A stretch of 62,976 nucleotides of DNA, the filler included, from Octopus bimaculoides (lineage: Eukaryota), in NCBI RefSeq assembly GCF_001194135.2. It is 8 parts of 7 records of this genome, joined end to end, with 100 filler letters (N's around TTAATTAATTAA, not from the genome) between each part and the next. Parts side by side here need not be neighbours in the genome. Positions count along the whole stretch, not along the records: positions 20,839 to 33,056 come from NC_068989.1; positions 33,157 to 36,088 come from NC_069010.1; positions 36,189 to 54,403 come from NC_068983.1; 5 more parts are not named here. One strand, written 5' to 3'. Position 1 is the stretch's first letter. Every line of letters begins with the position of its first letter. Below the pieces are notes generated by a model. It was not told the origin of the DNA. It searched no databases and worked only from the letters and a program-made list of their open reading frames with translations. The translations under genes and the position numbers were made by a program. Shown piece by piece: positions 26,480 through 39,499 of the stretch.

Positions 26480-27740
26480 GAAAAGAATATTTTACGTTGT
26501 TTATTCTGAATCTTTTCGCTCTGAGATCGAATCTTCCCATATCAACTTCATTTTGCATCGATATTGTCGATTTTTATGCTTCTATCTCCAAAGAACTCCT
26601 AGATAAAGCCCTTACCTTCGCAAGCGGATTTATAGAAATCAGCACACAGGATAAAGACATAATCTTCCATGCTAGAAAGACTGTACTCTTCAGCGAGAAC
26701 GCAGAGTCGGTCCAGACTACCAATACAGGGGGTGCTTTTGATGTGAGCATGGGGTCATATGATGGAGCAGGCATATGCGATCTTATTGGATTATTCCTAC
26801 TAGATGCGTTGGGCAAAACGTTTCCTAACGTACACTTCGCAATTTATAAAGATGATGCCCTAGCTTTAACCGCTAATACCAATGGACCAGCACAAGATCG
26901 GTTCAGGAAGGATATTATCCATTTGATGAAAACCTTCGGTCTTAGCATAACTACAGATACCAACCTGACGGTTGTCAATTACCTAGATCTGAATACGAAT
27001 ATTTATAAACGTTATAGGAAGCCCAACGATAGACTTAGTTACATCAATGTGGATCCCTGCCATCCCCCCATAGTGTTTAAAAATTTAGTTACGAACATCA
27101 GTAAAAGAATCTCTAGCCTCTCCTTTGATAGGGACATTTTTAATAGCGATGCCCCAGTATATAATAAGGCTCTAAAAGATAGTGGTTTTAACGAGGAAGT
27201 AACCTATATATAGGAATAGGAAAGCCATCTGGTTCACACACCCCTACTCAGTGACCTTTAATATAGGCAGATATTTCTTGGCACTGATAGACAGACACTT
27301 TCCAGTTAACCATAATTATAGAAAGATTTTCAACAGACATAGCTCAACTGCTAATTTTAAGTACATAATCGCACACCACACGCAAAAGCCGCAATATAAA
27401 GCCAGCTGTTCATGCAGAGATAAAAACTTGTGCCCTCTAAATGGAGCTTGCATGTCCGAAACGATCATTTATGAGACTACCGTGGACTCTGTATCCACTA
27501 AGGACGCAGTTTCCACGAAGAAATACGTGGGCCTGACGGAGGGTAATTTCAAGGCCAGATTCAATAATCACACTTTGAGTTTCAAGCACTGGGACAAAAT
27601 AAAAACGACCAAATTATCCAGTCATATATGGTCTTTAAAAGATAATGGTGTCAGTTACAACATCGATTGGAAGATCCTAGGCAAGTGTAGACCTTACACC
27701 AGCGGCAACTGCTGTAAGACCTTGATATTTTTAAAATAAT
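26480..27740 (+). mobile_element. Penelope-like retroelement: RT core plus GIY-YIG endonuclease (5' truncated, internal deletion)
   Basis: ORF 26497..27213: DFYASISKELL, FDVSMGSYDGAGICDLIG, IYKDDAL, NYLDL, YRKPND, CHPP. ORF 27251..27739: CSCRDKNLCPLNGAC, IIYETT...KYVGLTEGNFKARFNNH. Confidence 0.95.
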
Positions 27741-28542
27741 AATATTGTATATAGTTTTAGATGTGTTTTTTGCCTTAATGTTTGTTGTCCTCTTCAACGA
27801 TTATATATCCGCTTCATCGGAAATCTGCAATGGCTCCATTCTACCGTCTTGGCTATAACCTTGGAGCCCGAGTAATCCGTTACAGCGTACCTAAACTTTT
27901 AGATCACTTGTGAACTAAATCCTATACTTTGTGTATATATATATATATATATATATNNNNNNNNNNNNNNNNNNNNNNNNNNNNNNNNNNNNNNNNNNNN
28001 NNNNNNNNNNNNNNNNNNNNNNNNNNNNNNNNNNNNNNNNNNNNNNNNNNNNNNNNNNNNNNNNNNNNNNNNNNNNNNNNNNNNNNNNNNNNNNNNNNNN
28101 NNNNNNNNNNNNNNNNNNNNNNNNNNNNNNNNNNNNNNNNNNNNNNNNNNNNNNNNNNNNNNNNNNNNNNNNNNNNNNNNNNNNNNNNNNNNNNNNNNNN
28201 NNNNNNNNNNNNNNNNNNNNNNNNNNNNNNNNNNNNNNNNNNNNNNNNNNNNNNNNNNNNNNNNNNNNNNNNNNNNNNNNNNNNNNNNNNNNNNNNNNNN
28301 NNNNNNNNNNNNNNNNNNNNNNNNNNNNNNNNNNNNNNNNNNNNNNNNNNNNNNNNNNNNNNNNNNNNNNNNNNNNNNNNNNNNNNNNNNNNNNNNNNNN
28401 NNNNNNNNNNNNNNNNNNNNNNNNNNNNNNNNNNNNNNNNNNNNNNNNNNNNNNNNNNNNNNNNNNNNNNNNNNNNNNNNNNNNNNNNNNNNNNNNNNNN
28501 NNNNNNNNNNNNNNNNNNNNNNNNNNNNNNNNNNNNNNNNNN

Positions 28543-28590
<48 letters not shown>

Positions 28591-29859
28591 TTGTTTTCCA
28601 AAAAGTGAATACAAAACCTCCGGTGGTCACCATTGCCTTTAACTCTTCTTCAGTCGATAAAATACCTATGAAACAATACGGTCGATATCATGAGTTGTGC
28701 TGTACTACCTTAGAACATTTCAATAATCTCTATTACGAGCTTCTGTGAAATAATCACCAATCCGCGCCTCTAAGTTTGATTTTATTACAAGTGTTTCTTT
28801 ATATTATCTATTGTCTTGTAATTACATCTATCACTCTGCGTTCAGTTGAGATGCAGAAGGCTTTGTGTTGCTATCCATATTTCGTGTTTTATAATTTTAT
28901 GTTTTTTTATGATTGTTTGTATTTGTTATGACAATTAAATTACCCTATGAAAAAAAAACTGCTATGGTATCAGGAAAGAAGTTAATTTTAATATTCAGTT
29001 TTGTTTCTGTATTTGTTTTAATATTCATTTTAATATTTAATTGAATCTCCTAAGTTAAATCATTCCGCGATTGATTTTTGGCAATCTACTCATCCGGATT
29101 CCATAAAAGAAATAACTAGAAATACTGGATCGATATAATCTACAGATCCCTTATTCGCATATTTAACATTTTAGCGATCGTTTTTATTACTATTTTACAT
29201 TTTACTACCGGGATGTAAGATGAGAGAGACCGTCAACGGACAATGCATTTGCATTGTAGCATTTTCACTTGAAGAGTAAACATTCAAAGCTTCCAATTTA
29301 GATCAAACAAACCATGGCAATACAATGGCGTCTGCTAAATCGACAACCAATCTTCCACAGGAATAAAGCTATTTGTTGTATGTAACCCTGCGACATATAG
29401 CTTATTCATAATTATATGAAAAAAGAAACAACCTGAATTGTTATGTAAAGAACAGGAAGTATAACATGAATCAAAGCAGTTGACACACACACACACAATC
29501 CATGCATGCACGCGCACACACGCGCACACACACACACACACACACACATACACACACACACATACAGTTCAAATTAACAGAGACCAAACGACAAAGAAAG
29601 ATAAAGGAACAACAAGCAGGTGTATTAGCTCAACGTTCGGGAAGAATGGAAAAGTTTTTGATGTTTCGAACGTAAACGTTTCGAGACGAAAGCAATGCAG
29701 AGAGGAAAAAATGTCTAGGGATTAATGGGTTAATATGATGATATTTTGAGTTTTGAATTCTTATCATTCGTTACCTCACTTCAAATCTTTTTTTATCTGG
29801 AGGTCTGAATCACACCAAACCCCTAGCCCGATGCCTTTTTTAGGAGGAATCTATTTGCC

Positions 29860-30045
29860 TACCCAGGTGCCGAGTTGCCACCGACTGAATTCTCACTGTT
29901 TATTCTTGCCACCGCTTCGAGCTTCAAATGCTTTGCATCTATTGTAGATAGATCTCGCATCATCTGCTCCCAGTCTTCAACTTTCACATTAAGAGCCTTA
30001 ATGTTGCTTTTGACAGCATCTCTAAAACATCTGTTTTATATAAAT
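29860..30045 (-). mobile_element. RTE-clade LINE 3' ORF fragment
   Basis: Minus: RCFRDAVKSNIKALNVKVEDWEQMMRDLS, matching RTE/BovB KRYKDTLKxSLKxxxIxxxxWExxAxDR. Confidence 0.6.
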
Positions 30046-30076
30046 GAACAAGCTCTTTGTATTTATATATATATGC

Positions 30077-30133
<57 letters not shown>

Positions 30134-30479
30134 CAAATTATAGTAAGAATGGATATGGATACATAAGATTAACAATATCTAATTATACAAAGAATTACAG
30201 TTTAGATGTATATATACATATATATGTGTAGATATATATGTGACCTCATCAGTGGTCCTTTGCTTTCTTCTTTCTTTTTTGTGTCTTTCCTTCCTATCTA
30301 CCATTTTGTATACCTGTAGTATGTCTTTATGTGCGCATGCATATCTCTATGTGTCTATGTTTAGTAAGTTTGGTGGGATGCATAGTACCTGCATTGTCAG
30401 TATCCTCTGTTTATTCACGTTGGTTTAATTTAATTTATATTTATTTTATTCTATTTACTTCTTCATTTCTTTGTTTTAG

Positions 30480-31740
30480 GGAAAGTCTTATGCAGGCCAC
30501 ACGTTTAAGTTTAACAACAAAATATACACCCAAATAAGGAGGCAGCCATCGGGTTTAGCATCGCCGGTGATGTGGCCAACATTTTAATGGCATGGTGTGA
30601 CAGGAGGCTTAAAGAACGCCTATACTCATGGGCATGTACTCTCGCTATGTCGATATCAACATAGTGGTAACCGTAACCGCATAAGTGAGTACCCTTGAAA
30701 AAGAAATTGAAGCTAATACTATGGAGAGCATTCAGCAAATAGCTAACTCCATCCAGCAGAGTATGAAAGTCACAATAGACTACCCTACGAAACATTTTAA
30801 CCATAAACTACCAGTGCTAGATACAGAACTCTATCTGGAAACACTAATAAAAACTAAATCCTCCATTCACACTATGTCAAACCTATAGCCTCTAAATACC
30901 TAATCCACCGGAATTCAGCTATCACGGACAATGACAAATTCAATATATTGATGGCGGACCTCATCAGAGTAATGAGAAATATTTCCCGCATGTGAGACCC
31001 TACAGAGTTAAAGAGATACATACAACACTTCGTTCACCACATGCAGTTCTCAGGATAGAGCCATAGAGAAAGCCATAGAGTATATAAAGCAGCCATGAGG
31101 AAGTTTCAAGCTATTATATGTAACGATAGCAATGGGATTTGCCCACTCCATAGGAGTAAGCCATGGAATACCATTGAAAGGACTAAGAAGAAAATAGAGA
31201 ATGCCAACACATGGTATGATAGCCAAAAACTCCAGAGTCTAATGTTCGTCGAAATCGTCCCAAGAGGCGATTTGGTGTACCACTTAAGAATGGCCCTAGA
31301 CAAGCTTAAGCTAAGAATTAAGGTCGTAGAAAGGTCAGGTAACCCTAATAAATCCCTAATCGTTAGAACCTACCCTTTTAATAGAACTTCCCGTATCGAT
31401 AGGAACTGTATTGTATGTAGATTTAGCCCACATACATACTGTAAAGCTAGGAATGTAGTCTATAGTATAAGATGTACAGATGGACAGTGCAGAAACAAGA
31501 CAACGACATACCTAGAGGAGAAAGCACGGAGCATAGGAGAGCGGATAAATGATCATTGGAGGGAATTTAAGGAAAAGAAGAGGTCATGTGTTCTATACCA
31601 GCAAGCCGAGTGGGAACACGGGGGCTCACTCAACAACATAGAATTTAATACATAGAACGGACGCATCGCTTAGACAAACTACGAAGCTACAAACATAATA
31701 GAAGACAAACCTAGTCTAAATAGAAAACTAGAATGGAACA
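30480..31740 (+). mobile_element. Penelope-like retroelement (second lineage): RT, thumb and GIY-YIG, degraded
   Basis: FKFNNKIYTQ, AIGFSIAGDVANILMAWCDRRL, MYSRYVDINI, IANSIQQSMKVTIDYPT...KLPVLD, RIKVVERSG, CIVC...CKARNVVYSIRC...C...TYLEEKARSIGERINDH. Confidence 0.9.
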
Positions 31741-32072
31741 CTAACACATACACCCTACACACCACAACCTATGACAGAATAAGATCGCCATAAACAAATA
31801 ATAATATGAAATGAATTCAATAGACAGATATATAAATGGAATTAAATAAGTATATACATAAACAGAATATAATAAATTAAATTAATGCAGAAAAAGAAAG
31901 AAATGAAAAAGTAAGTAGATAAAAACACATGAATAAAAAAATTAAATTAAATTAAACGAACGTGAATAAACAGGGGATACTGATAATGCAGGTATCAAAC
32001 ATATTCCCATACACACACTTACTAAAGACAGGTACACACAGGGATATACGCATACGAAAGAAGAAACCAGAG

Positions 32073-32116
32073 GGCCACTGATGAGGTCACAGAAATGTGA
32101 CGAAAGAACTCTGTCC
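32073..32116 (+). ncRNA. Minimal type-I hammerhead ribozyme motif in the 3' region of the 30480 PLE
   Basis: GGCCA CUGAUGA g GUCAC-agaaau-GUGAC GAAA G aa C U C UGUCC. Intact core, 5-bp stem II, 2-bp stem III, stem I with one mismatch. Confidence 0.75.
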
Positions 32117-32382
32117 AAAATGCAAATGATATGAAATAAAGGTGAAGAAAGTGAACATCATATAGGCGCGTGTTTTCACTGGCTAAATTGGCAACATGAT
32201 CAATTCTAAATATAACAATATCTAACAATATATAACAATATAACGAATTTATAAGCGTAATGCGTGTATATATATATATATATAGTTCAAAAAAACAATA
32301 ACAAAAAAACAAAAAAACAGCAAAGTGAGGACATGATATGGATAGTATTATTGGACGCTGAGGAAAGGAAAGAGAGAGTGTG

Positions 32383-32410
32383 TATGACGTTTCGGGCGTA
32401 GCCCTTCGTC
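32383..32410 (-). ncRNA. Minimal hammerhead motif, cut by a 10-N gap
   Basis: Minus: [..]GACGA a GGGC-uac-GCCC GAAA CG UC a. The first CU would fall in the gap. Confidence 0.55.
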
Positions 32411-32509
32411 NNNNNNNNNNTGTGTGTGTGTGTGTGTGCGTGTGTGTGTGTGTGTGCGTGTGTGTGTAAACATGTATCTATATATATATATGTACATGCT
32501 TATACTGTT

Positions 32510-32690
32510 CTATATTTGTGAGATGTAGATTTATGTAGATTATTTACATTATTTACATTTGACGGATATTTGTTCACATCTTGTTTGTTGCTAACACAAA
32601 ATTTCGGCTGTTGTACTATCCAGCCTTCATCAGGTGTCCTAGGGGAATTTCGAACTTGGGTTCTCATTCCTAATGCATTTATCCGATGTT
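32510..32690 (-). mobile_element. PLE pseudo-LTR copy (same family as 53499-53680) with mutated hammerhead at 32593-32638
   Basis: Reverse complement matches ggaatgagaaccca.gttcgaaatt...acacctgaxgaaggctgg...cagccgaaa...gtgtta.caacaaacaagatg. Stem III is mutated (AUUU). Confidence 0.85.
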
Positions 32691-33056
32691 GTTATTATTA
32701 TTATTATGTTTTTTTTTGCTTCTTTCTTCAAATTTTTTCCCATTTCTCGCCGAGTGTTTTCGGTACACCTAGGGCAGAGAAACGTTGTATGCATTCCCAA
32801 TTTACACACGCAAATTCATAGGTAAAACATGTATTTAAGAAAAAAAAATCATGAATGGATGTTGTTTTCACAGCGATAATGTTCTTCTTAGTACATGAGT
32901 CGTTCCAGTTAGCACGATTTTTTGCACCTCCTGTAGAGATGGTAAGCCTGGTATCATTTTCAAATAGATTTCAGTACCTTTTTTTATCATTCCTAGAGAT
33001 TCTACAATCACTGGTATGGTAGTCGCCTTGAGGTGCCACATTTTTTCAATTTCTAT
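32690..33056 (-). mobile_element. R4/Dong-type retrotransposon 3' end with (TAA)n tail
   Basis: Minus: IEIEKMWHLKATTIPVIVESLGMIKKGTEIYLKMIPGLPSLQEVQKIVLTGTTHVLRRTLSL*, then UTR and TAA repeats. Confidence 0.85.
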
Positions 33057-33252
33057 NNNNNNNNNNNNNNNNNNNNNNNNNNNNNNNNNNNNNNNNNNNN
33101 TTAATTAATTAANNNNNNNNNNNNNNNNNNNNNNNNNNNNNNNNNNNNNNNNNNNNGTGGAAATTTTACCGGTGAGTGTGTTAAATTATAAGGCACCAAA
33201 AGAGAATGACTCTCCCCAGATACAACAGTATGTATATATATATATATATATC

Positions 33253-34245
33253 AATCATCATCATCATCATCGTTTAACGTCCACTTTCCATGGACGATTT
33301 GACTGAGGACTGGCAAGCCAGAAGGCTGCACCAGGCTCCAATCTGATCTGGCAGAGTTTCTACAGCTGGATGCCCTTCCTAACGACAACCACTAGAGTGT
33401 AGTGGGCGCTTTTACGTGCCACTGGCACGAGGGCCAGTCACACGGTACTGGCAACGGCCACACTCAAAAAGATGTTTTTTATGTGCCACCTGCACGGGAG
33501 CCAGTCCAACAGCACTGGCAACGACCTCGCTCAAGTGATTTTCTAACGTGCCACCAGCACAAGTGCTAGAAGGCAACACTGGTAACGATTACGCTCAAAT
33601 GGTGCTATTTACAGGCCACTAGCATATGCTCGGACAGTGCTGTTAGTGTTCCACTGGCGCAGGTGGCAGTGATTGAGTATGGTTCAATTATGATTTTGAT
33701 TTCACTTGCCCCAACAGGTCTTTGCAAGCAGAGTTTAATGTCCAATGAAGGAGCGGTTGGCATGGGTGCCAGTCGTCAGATTCGGTTCGATTTTGATTTC
33801 AGATTTCAAATTTCAAATTCACGTTCCTCAACAGGTCTTCGCAAGCAGAGTTTTTAGTGTCCAATGAAGTAAAGATACGAATAAGTGAGCTGGCTACACT
33901 TCTGGCAGAGGTCACAGATTATGCTCTCACTTGCCTTGCCGTGTTTTCTCACGTACTGCATATTTCCAAAGGTCCCGGTCACTGGTCATTGCCTCGATGA
34001 GGCCTAAAGTTTGAAGGTCGTGCTTCACCACCTCATCCCATGTCTTCCTGGGTCTACCTCTTCCACAGGTTCCCTCAATTGCTAGGGTGTGGCACTTTTT
34101 CACACAACTATCCTCATCCATTCTTGCCACATGTCCATACCAGTGCAATCATCGCTCTTGCACACCACAACTGATGCTTCTTAGCTCTAACTTTTCTCTC
34201 AAGGTACTTACACTCGGTCGAGTATGCACACTGAATATGCATGTA
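33253..34245 (-). mobile_element. RTE-clade LINE 3' end with long repetitive 3' UTR and (GAT)n tail
   Basis: LREKLELRSISCGVQER*LHWYGHVARMDEDSCVKKC...GRGRPRKTWDEVVKHDL...DRDLWK. The 3' UTR end is shared with 55417-55673, 58662-58810 and 61123-61180. Confidence 0.9.
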
Positions 34246-34728
34246 TGTATAAGATCCAAGGATTGATGTGTAGGAAGAAAGTGGGCTTCAAGTAAACTGT
34301 AGTATATATTTAAAGCAACAACCAGGAACAACAGTAGTTTATTGAGGCGGAAGGTTGTGGAGTTTTTCATATTGAAGTATGATAAGCTGAAAACGATTTC
34401 TTTTGTATTTCACAGCAGGTGAGCAGGGTTGCTAGGTTTTCAAATAAAAGAGTTAAGGAATGGAGCAGATAAAATCTCGGCTACATATGTTTCATAGTGA
34501 GCAGAACCTTGGAAGTAGTAAATATCCAAGCAATGTGTATATCGCAGGTTACTTATCAGGTCATGGGTAACTTGATTAAGATATGAAACATATGTAACCG
34601 GGATCTTATCTGTTCCATTCCTTAACTTTTGTGTGTGTGTGTATACATACATACATACATACATACATACATACATACACACATATATATATGTATGTAT
34701 GTATATATGTATGTATGTATGTATGTGT

Positions 34729-34993
34729 GGAGGTGCAATGGCCCAGTGGTTAGGGCAGCGGACTTGCGGTCATAGGATCACAGTTTCAATTCCCAGACCG
34801 GGCGTTGTGAGTGTTCATTGAGCGAAAACACCTAAAGCTCCACGAGGCTCCAGCAGGGGATGGTGGCGAACCCTGCTGTACTCTTCCACCACAACTTTCT
34901 CTCACTCTTACTTCCTGTTTCTGTTGTGCCTGTAATTCAAAGGGTCAGCCTTGTCACACTGTGTCACGCTGAATATCGCCGAGAACTATGTTA
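34729..34993 (+). mobile_element. SINE family A, cut by gap
   Basis: Aligns with 14453-14702; A-box TGGCCCAGTGG. Confidence 0.9.
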
Positions 34994-35827
34994 NNNNNNN
35001 NNNNNNNNNNNNNNNNNNNNNNNNNNNNNNNNNNNNNNNNNNNNNNNNNNNNNNNNNNNNNNNNNNNNNNNNNNNNNNNNNNNNNNNNNNNNNNNNNNNN
35101 NNNNNNNNNNNNNNNNNNNNNNNNNNNNNNNNNNNNNNNNNNNNNNNNNNNNNNNNNNNNNNNNNNNNNNNNNNNNNNNNNNNNNNNNNNNNNNNNNNNN
35201 NNNNNNNNNNNNNNNNNNNNNNNNNNNNNNNNNNNNNNNNNNNNNNNNNNNNNNNNNNNNNNNNNNAGTGCCAACAACAACATATATGTATGTATAAATG
35301 TCCAACCTATGCTAGCATGGAACATGGATGTTAAATATTGATGATATGTATGTACATGTATATGTGTATATATTTTTGTGTACATGTATATGTGTATATA
35401 TTTTTGTGTACATGTATATGTGTGTATATATTTGTACACATGTATATGCATGTATATTTATTAATTTATCAATGTCTATATATATGTGTGTGCATGTATA
35501 TAAGTACTTATATATATATATATACCTACATATATATATATGTGTGTGTGTGTCTGTCTGTCTGTGTGTGCATGTATGTATATGGGAAACTGATTCATAG
35601 CAGCCGAAAACACATGATGTATATAAAAAACGCATCTGAGCACAGGGCTGTAGAATACGTAATAAATATTATTCAAAGCTTCCATTACAACAATGGGTAC
35701 AATTAATTTCCCATTTGAATTTGCAGCCATTAAAATTTTTGTGCGTGTGTGTCTGTATGTATGTATGTATGTATGTACGAATATTTGTGTATGTGTGCCT
35801 ATATATATATTTTTTATTTCTTTTATA

Positions 35828-35965
35828 CTTTTACTTGTTTTGGTCATTTGACTGAGGCCATGCTGGAGCACCGCCTTTAGTCGAAGAACAGTCTATTTTG
35901 CTGAACTGTTTACACGGATGTAAATGCACCAACATCGGTTGTCAAGTGATGGTGGGGTGGGGGGA
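35828..35965 (-). mobile_element. SINE family C 3' portion
   Basis: Reverse complement cgactaaaggcggtgctccagcatggcctcagtcaaatgaccaaaacaagtaaaag matches 49770-49848. A further end lies at 36062-36088. Confidence 0.75.
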
Positions 35966-35992
35966 CACACACAGACACACAAATATATATGC

Positions 35993-36053
35993 TCTTCTTC
36001 TTCTTCTTCTTCTTCTTCTTCTTCTTCTTCTTCTTCTTCTTCTTCTTCTTCTT
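35993..36053. repeat. (CTT)n microsatellite
   Basis: Direct reading. Confidence 0.95.
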
Positions 36054-36192
36054 TTTCTTCTCTTTTACTTGTTTCAGTCATTTGACTGNNNNNNNNNNNN
36101 NNNNNNNNNNNNNNNNNNNNNNNNNNNNNNNNTTAATTAATTAANNNNNNNNNNNNNNNNNNNNNNNNNNNNNNNNNNNNNNNNNNNNTATA

Positions 36193-36236
<44 letters not shown>

Positions 36237-36404
36237 TATATTATATTATATTATACATATACATATGTTATTTTCCCCTTGCAGTTCTCCCTATTTTAGC
36301 AGTAAATACCGAGTAAATGCACTGCACTTTTAGTATTGAGTTCATTTTCTGATTTCTTAGTTGTCTTGGAATTTACACCTACACTTCCGGCGTTGGAATC
36401 TTTA

Positions 36405-36592
36405 TATGATCGCTCGACCTGCAAGAATTAGCAACCTTTTTTGAAAAATGAGAGGAATCTTGGGCACTGTATTTCCTAAAAACGCAATGAGAAATGGTTG
36501 CGAAGTTCATAGATGTTGTGCCTATGGTCATAGATCAGCTCATGCAGGCTGATTTAAGGGCAAAACCACGACATTAACAACAACAACAACAA
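36405..36592 (+). mobile_element. Degenerate SINE-like family D with (AAC)n tail
   Basis: cgctcgacctgcaagaattagcaac...caggctgatttaagggcaaaac...(aac)n resembles 56515-56707 and the reverse copy near 60725-60790. Confidence 0.45.
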
Positions 36593-36722
36593 CCGATTCC
36601 ACTTTCTAAAGATTTTTTATGAAAAGGTTTGTTACTTTTTAAAATCTGTTTCTTAAATTCTGAAGTAAACATCGTATTGGAATTGTAATAAATTTGTATG
36701 TGTTGCAAGATTTGTTGCTGTT

Positions 36723-37101
36723 GTTGGCACTCCGTCGCTTACGACGTCCAGGGTTCCAGTTGATCCGATCAACGGAACAGCCTGCTCGTGAAATTAACGT
36801 GCAAGTGGCTGAGCACTCCACAGACACGTGTACCCTTAACGTAGTTCTCGGGGATATTCAGTGTGACACAGTGTGACAAGGCTGACTCTTTGAATTACAG
36901 GCACAGCAGAAGCAGGAAGTAAGAGTGAGAGAAAGTTGTGGTGAACGAGTACAGCAGGGTTCGCCACCATCCCCTGTCGGAGCCTCGTGGAGCTTTAGGT
37001 GTTTTCGCTCAATAAACACCCACAACGCCCGGTCTGGGAATCGAAACCGCGATTCTATGACCGCGAGTCCGCTGCCCCAACCACTGGGCCATTGCGCCTC
37101 C
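36723..37101 (-). mobile_element. SINE family A, full length
   Basis: Reverse complement of the 14453 copy. 12-bp TSD gttgcaagattt (36702-36713) / gttgcgagattt (37104-37115). Confidence 0.92.
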
Positions 37102-37839
37102 ACGTTGCGAGATTTATATTGTTCTTTGTATCTTCCAACAGATATATTGGATCTTATCTATTACATTGGAAGAGATATGAAATTAAAAAGAAACTGAGAG
37201 GACAAAACAAAGTCAGTACCGATTGGATTTGAACGCAGAATTCCGCCGAATGGACATAACTAAACACAGCATGGGATTTAATGCTGCACGCTGCTATTTT
37301 TGAGATTCTACTTTCCTTTTATAATTGCATTAATGAAAACCTGAAGTTAACGTTATTAAGTTATTAACATTTTATTAAGGTTTTGTATGAAAATTAATAA
37401 ATCTTCAAAGATTTACCCTGTTTCAACCAATTAATGGATTCATTAGAACAAAAGTCACTCTAGTTTGCCTTCCCATTTTCACCGTCATAACTATAATGAA
37501 ATCTTTTACAACGTGTAAACCAGAAAAAAACCCCTTTCATAATGAAGCTTCACATTAAGCAAATAAAAGCCCATTCATGTTACTTGTGTTCTTGTTTACA
37601 ATATTAAGGCCTATTATATCATTAGTTCAATGCAAATAACTTGGAAATTTAAGCCTTTAAAATTCAGTTTTAGGGAGTGTTGATACTGAAAAAATAAAGG
37701 AAAAATCTTTTCATTCCTTTCTTGTCACTTCAATGGCTGTTGGAAAGGTAACACACTCAAACATATATTTAAGTTCTTTCATTTATTTCTCAGTCAATCA
37801 GAGGAAGAAAGGCATCGTTCATGCTCTTTGTAGGCTCTA

Positions 37840-38150
37840 TCAGAATTGTGAGTGATGAGTTGTGACGATGCGGCTGAAGTTAAATGTGTTGTTTCTAGGG
37901 AAAAAGTGAAGAGGGGAAAATTCCAGAGAAACACAATCTTGAGTACGAACGATTGCAAAAATTATATATGGAGTGGTGGAACATAATAGAGAAACGGATG
38001 AGCAGCAGTGTGAGAGTTGCGTAACTAGATAATCGGTTTGGAGAAGTGGAATGTATTTGTGAGAGAATGACTGTAAAATCATTTGAAGGTTAGAATGCCC
38101 TGTTTTGGATACTGAACCATCGAAGATATTTGAACAGTATTCCAATATGT
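37840..38150 (-). mobile_element. CR1/L2-like LINE RT 3' fragment
   Basis: ORF 37840..38145: MEYCSNIFDGS...LSHCCSSVSLLC...CVSLEF...FFPR, resembling MEYCSHIWxG...LxHRRxVSSLxLFY...CSxEL...FFPRT. Confidence 0.55.
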
Positions 38151-38929
38151 TTTAATCAAATTTTTAGTTGTCCCGAAAATAATCAGAATTGAATTTTGTA
38201 CTAAGTCTATCTAGGAATGGTATTTGCTATACAGTTTTAATAATGTTATATAAGCGGGGATTGGGTATGAAAACCTCATCAGATATTATCAGGCATTTGT
38301 AGATATATTGGGAGATATTATTATGCTGATCATGAATAAATAGACTCAGATATAAAACATATGTGTATTGATTGTGTATTTGTGTTGCTGAAAGAGGTTG
38401 CCATGTCCTGATTCAACAGTACTTTTGAGGCATCAGTTCATAGATCACTACTGATCAAGAGTGAAATATTTAGACAGCTCACAGATAAGAAAAAGAAAAA
38501 AAACGTCCGACCTAAAAGAAGAAAAAAATTAAACAACCGGCCAACTGAGCTAAAGGTTTTCATGATACACACTGTCAAAATCTTTGCAAATAAGTGCAAT
38601 AATCATAATTTCTTCCAAGTCTCTAATAAGCTGATAAGAAAGTTTAAGTCTCTGTTAAGTCTAAAAACTACTTATAGATAATGAAGGCATGCGTGTGTAT
38701 TAGTGTGCGCGTGTGAGTATATTAGTACATGTGTGTGTGCATGTATACTTAGAGAGAGAGAGAGAGGGGAAAAGAGAAAGAGAGAGATGAAAAGAGAGAG
38801 AGAGAGAAAGAGAAACAGACAGACAAATAGATAGACAAACAGCTAGATAATGTTTGGTGTGGAATATAGCTTGTGTTTTGAACTCTGTGTGTTCGGTTAT
38901 ATTTCAAAAGATCCACAGATGAAGATTAA

Positions 38930-39075
38930 ATGCGTTAGTATCTCTTATGGTCGTTCCGAGTTCAAATTCCACCGAGGTTGACTTTGCCTTTCATCCTTTC
39001 GGGGTCAATAAATTAAATACCAGCTGAGTACGGGGTCGATGTAATTTCAGGCCTTGTGCCTACTGTAGAAAGGAG
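38930..39075 (+). mobile_element. SINE family B
   Basis: gagttcaaattccaccgaggttgactttgcctttcatcctttcggggtcaataaattaaataccag...ggggtcgatgtaat. Confidence 0.85.
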
Positions 39076-39325
39076 TATTTCTTATTGCTTTCTGTATCAC
39101 CATTACGTCATTATGAATGTGACTAGCGTGAGGATAAATAATTACATTTTTTCAATACATCTCACGTGTGTTACTTTAGCACTGATCTCTGCTATTTAAG
39201 GAAAAACATTATGAACAGATTATTTTTAATGAAATACATCTAAGATACATTAAATAACGTAAATATTTAACTATATACTTTTTATATCAATCAGTCAGTC
39301 AATCGATCAATCAATCAATAAATCA

Positions 39326-39359
<34 letters not shown>

Positions 39360-39499
39360 TTATCTATCTATCTGCCTATCTGTCTATCTACCTACTTACC
39401 TTCCTATTTATCTATCTACCTATCTATCTGTCTATCTGTCTCTAACGCCTGTGTGTATGTGTGCCTGTGTGTGTATATCACTCTATCTAATAGACTATG

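Noticed and set aside
26840-26860. YKDD rather than YRDD at the RT active site
   Set aside because: A single-base change in a dead copy; the catalytic aspartates are unchanged.
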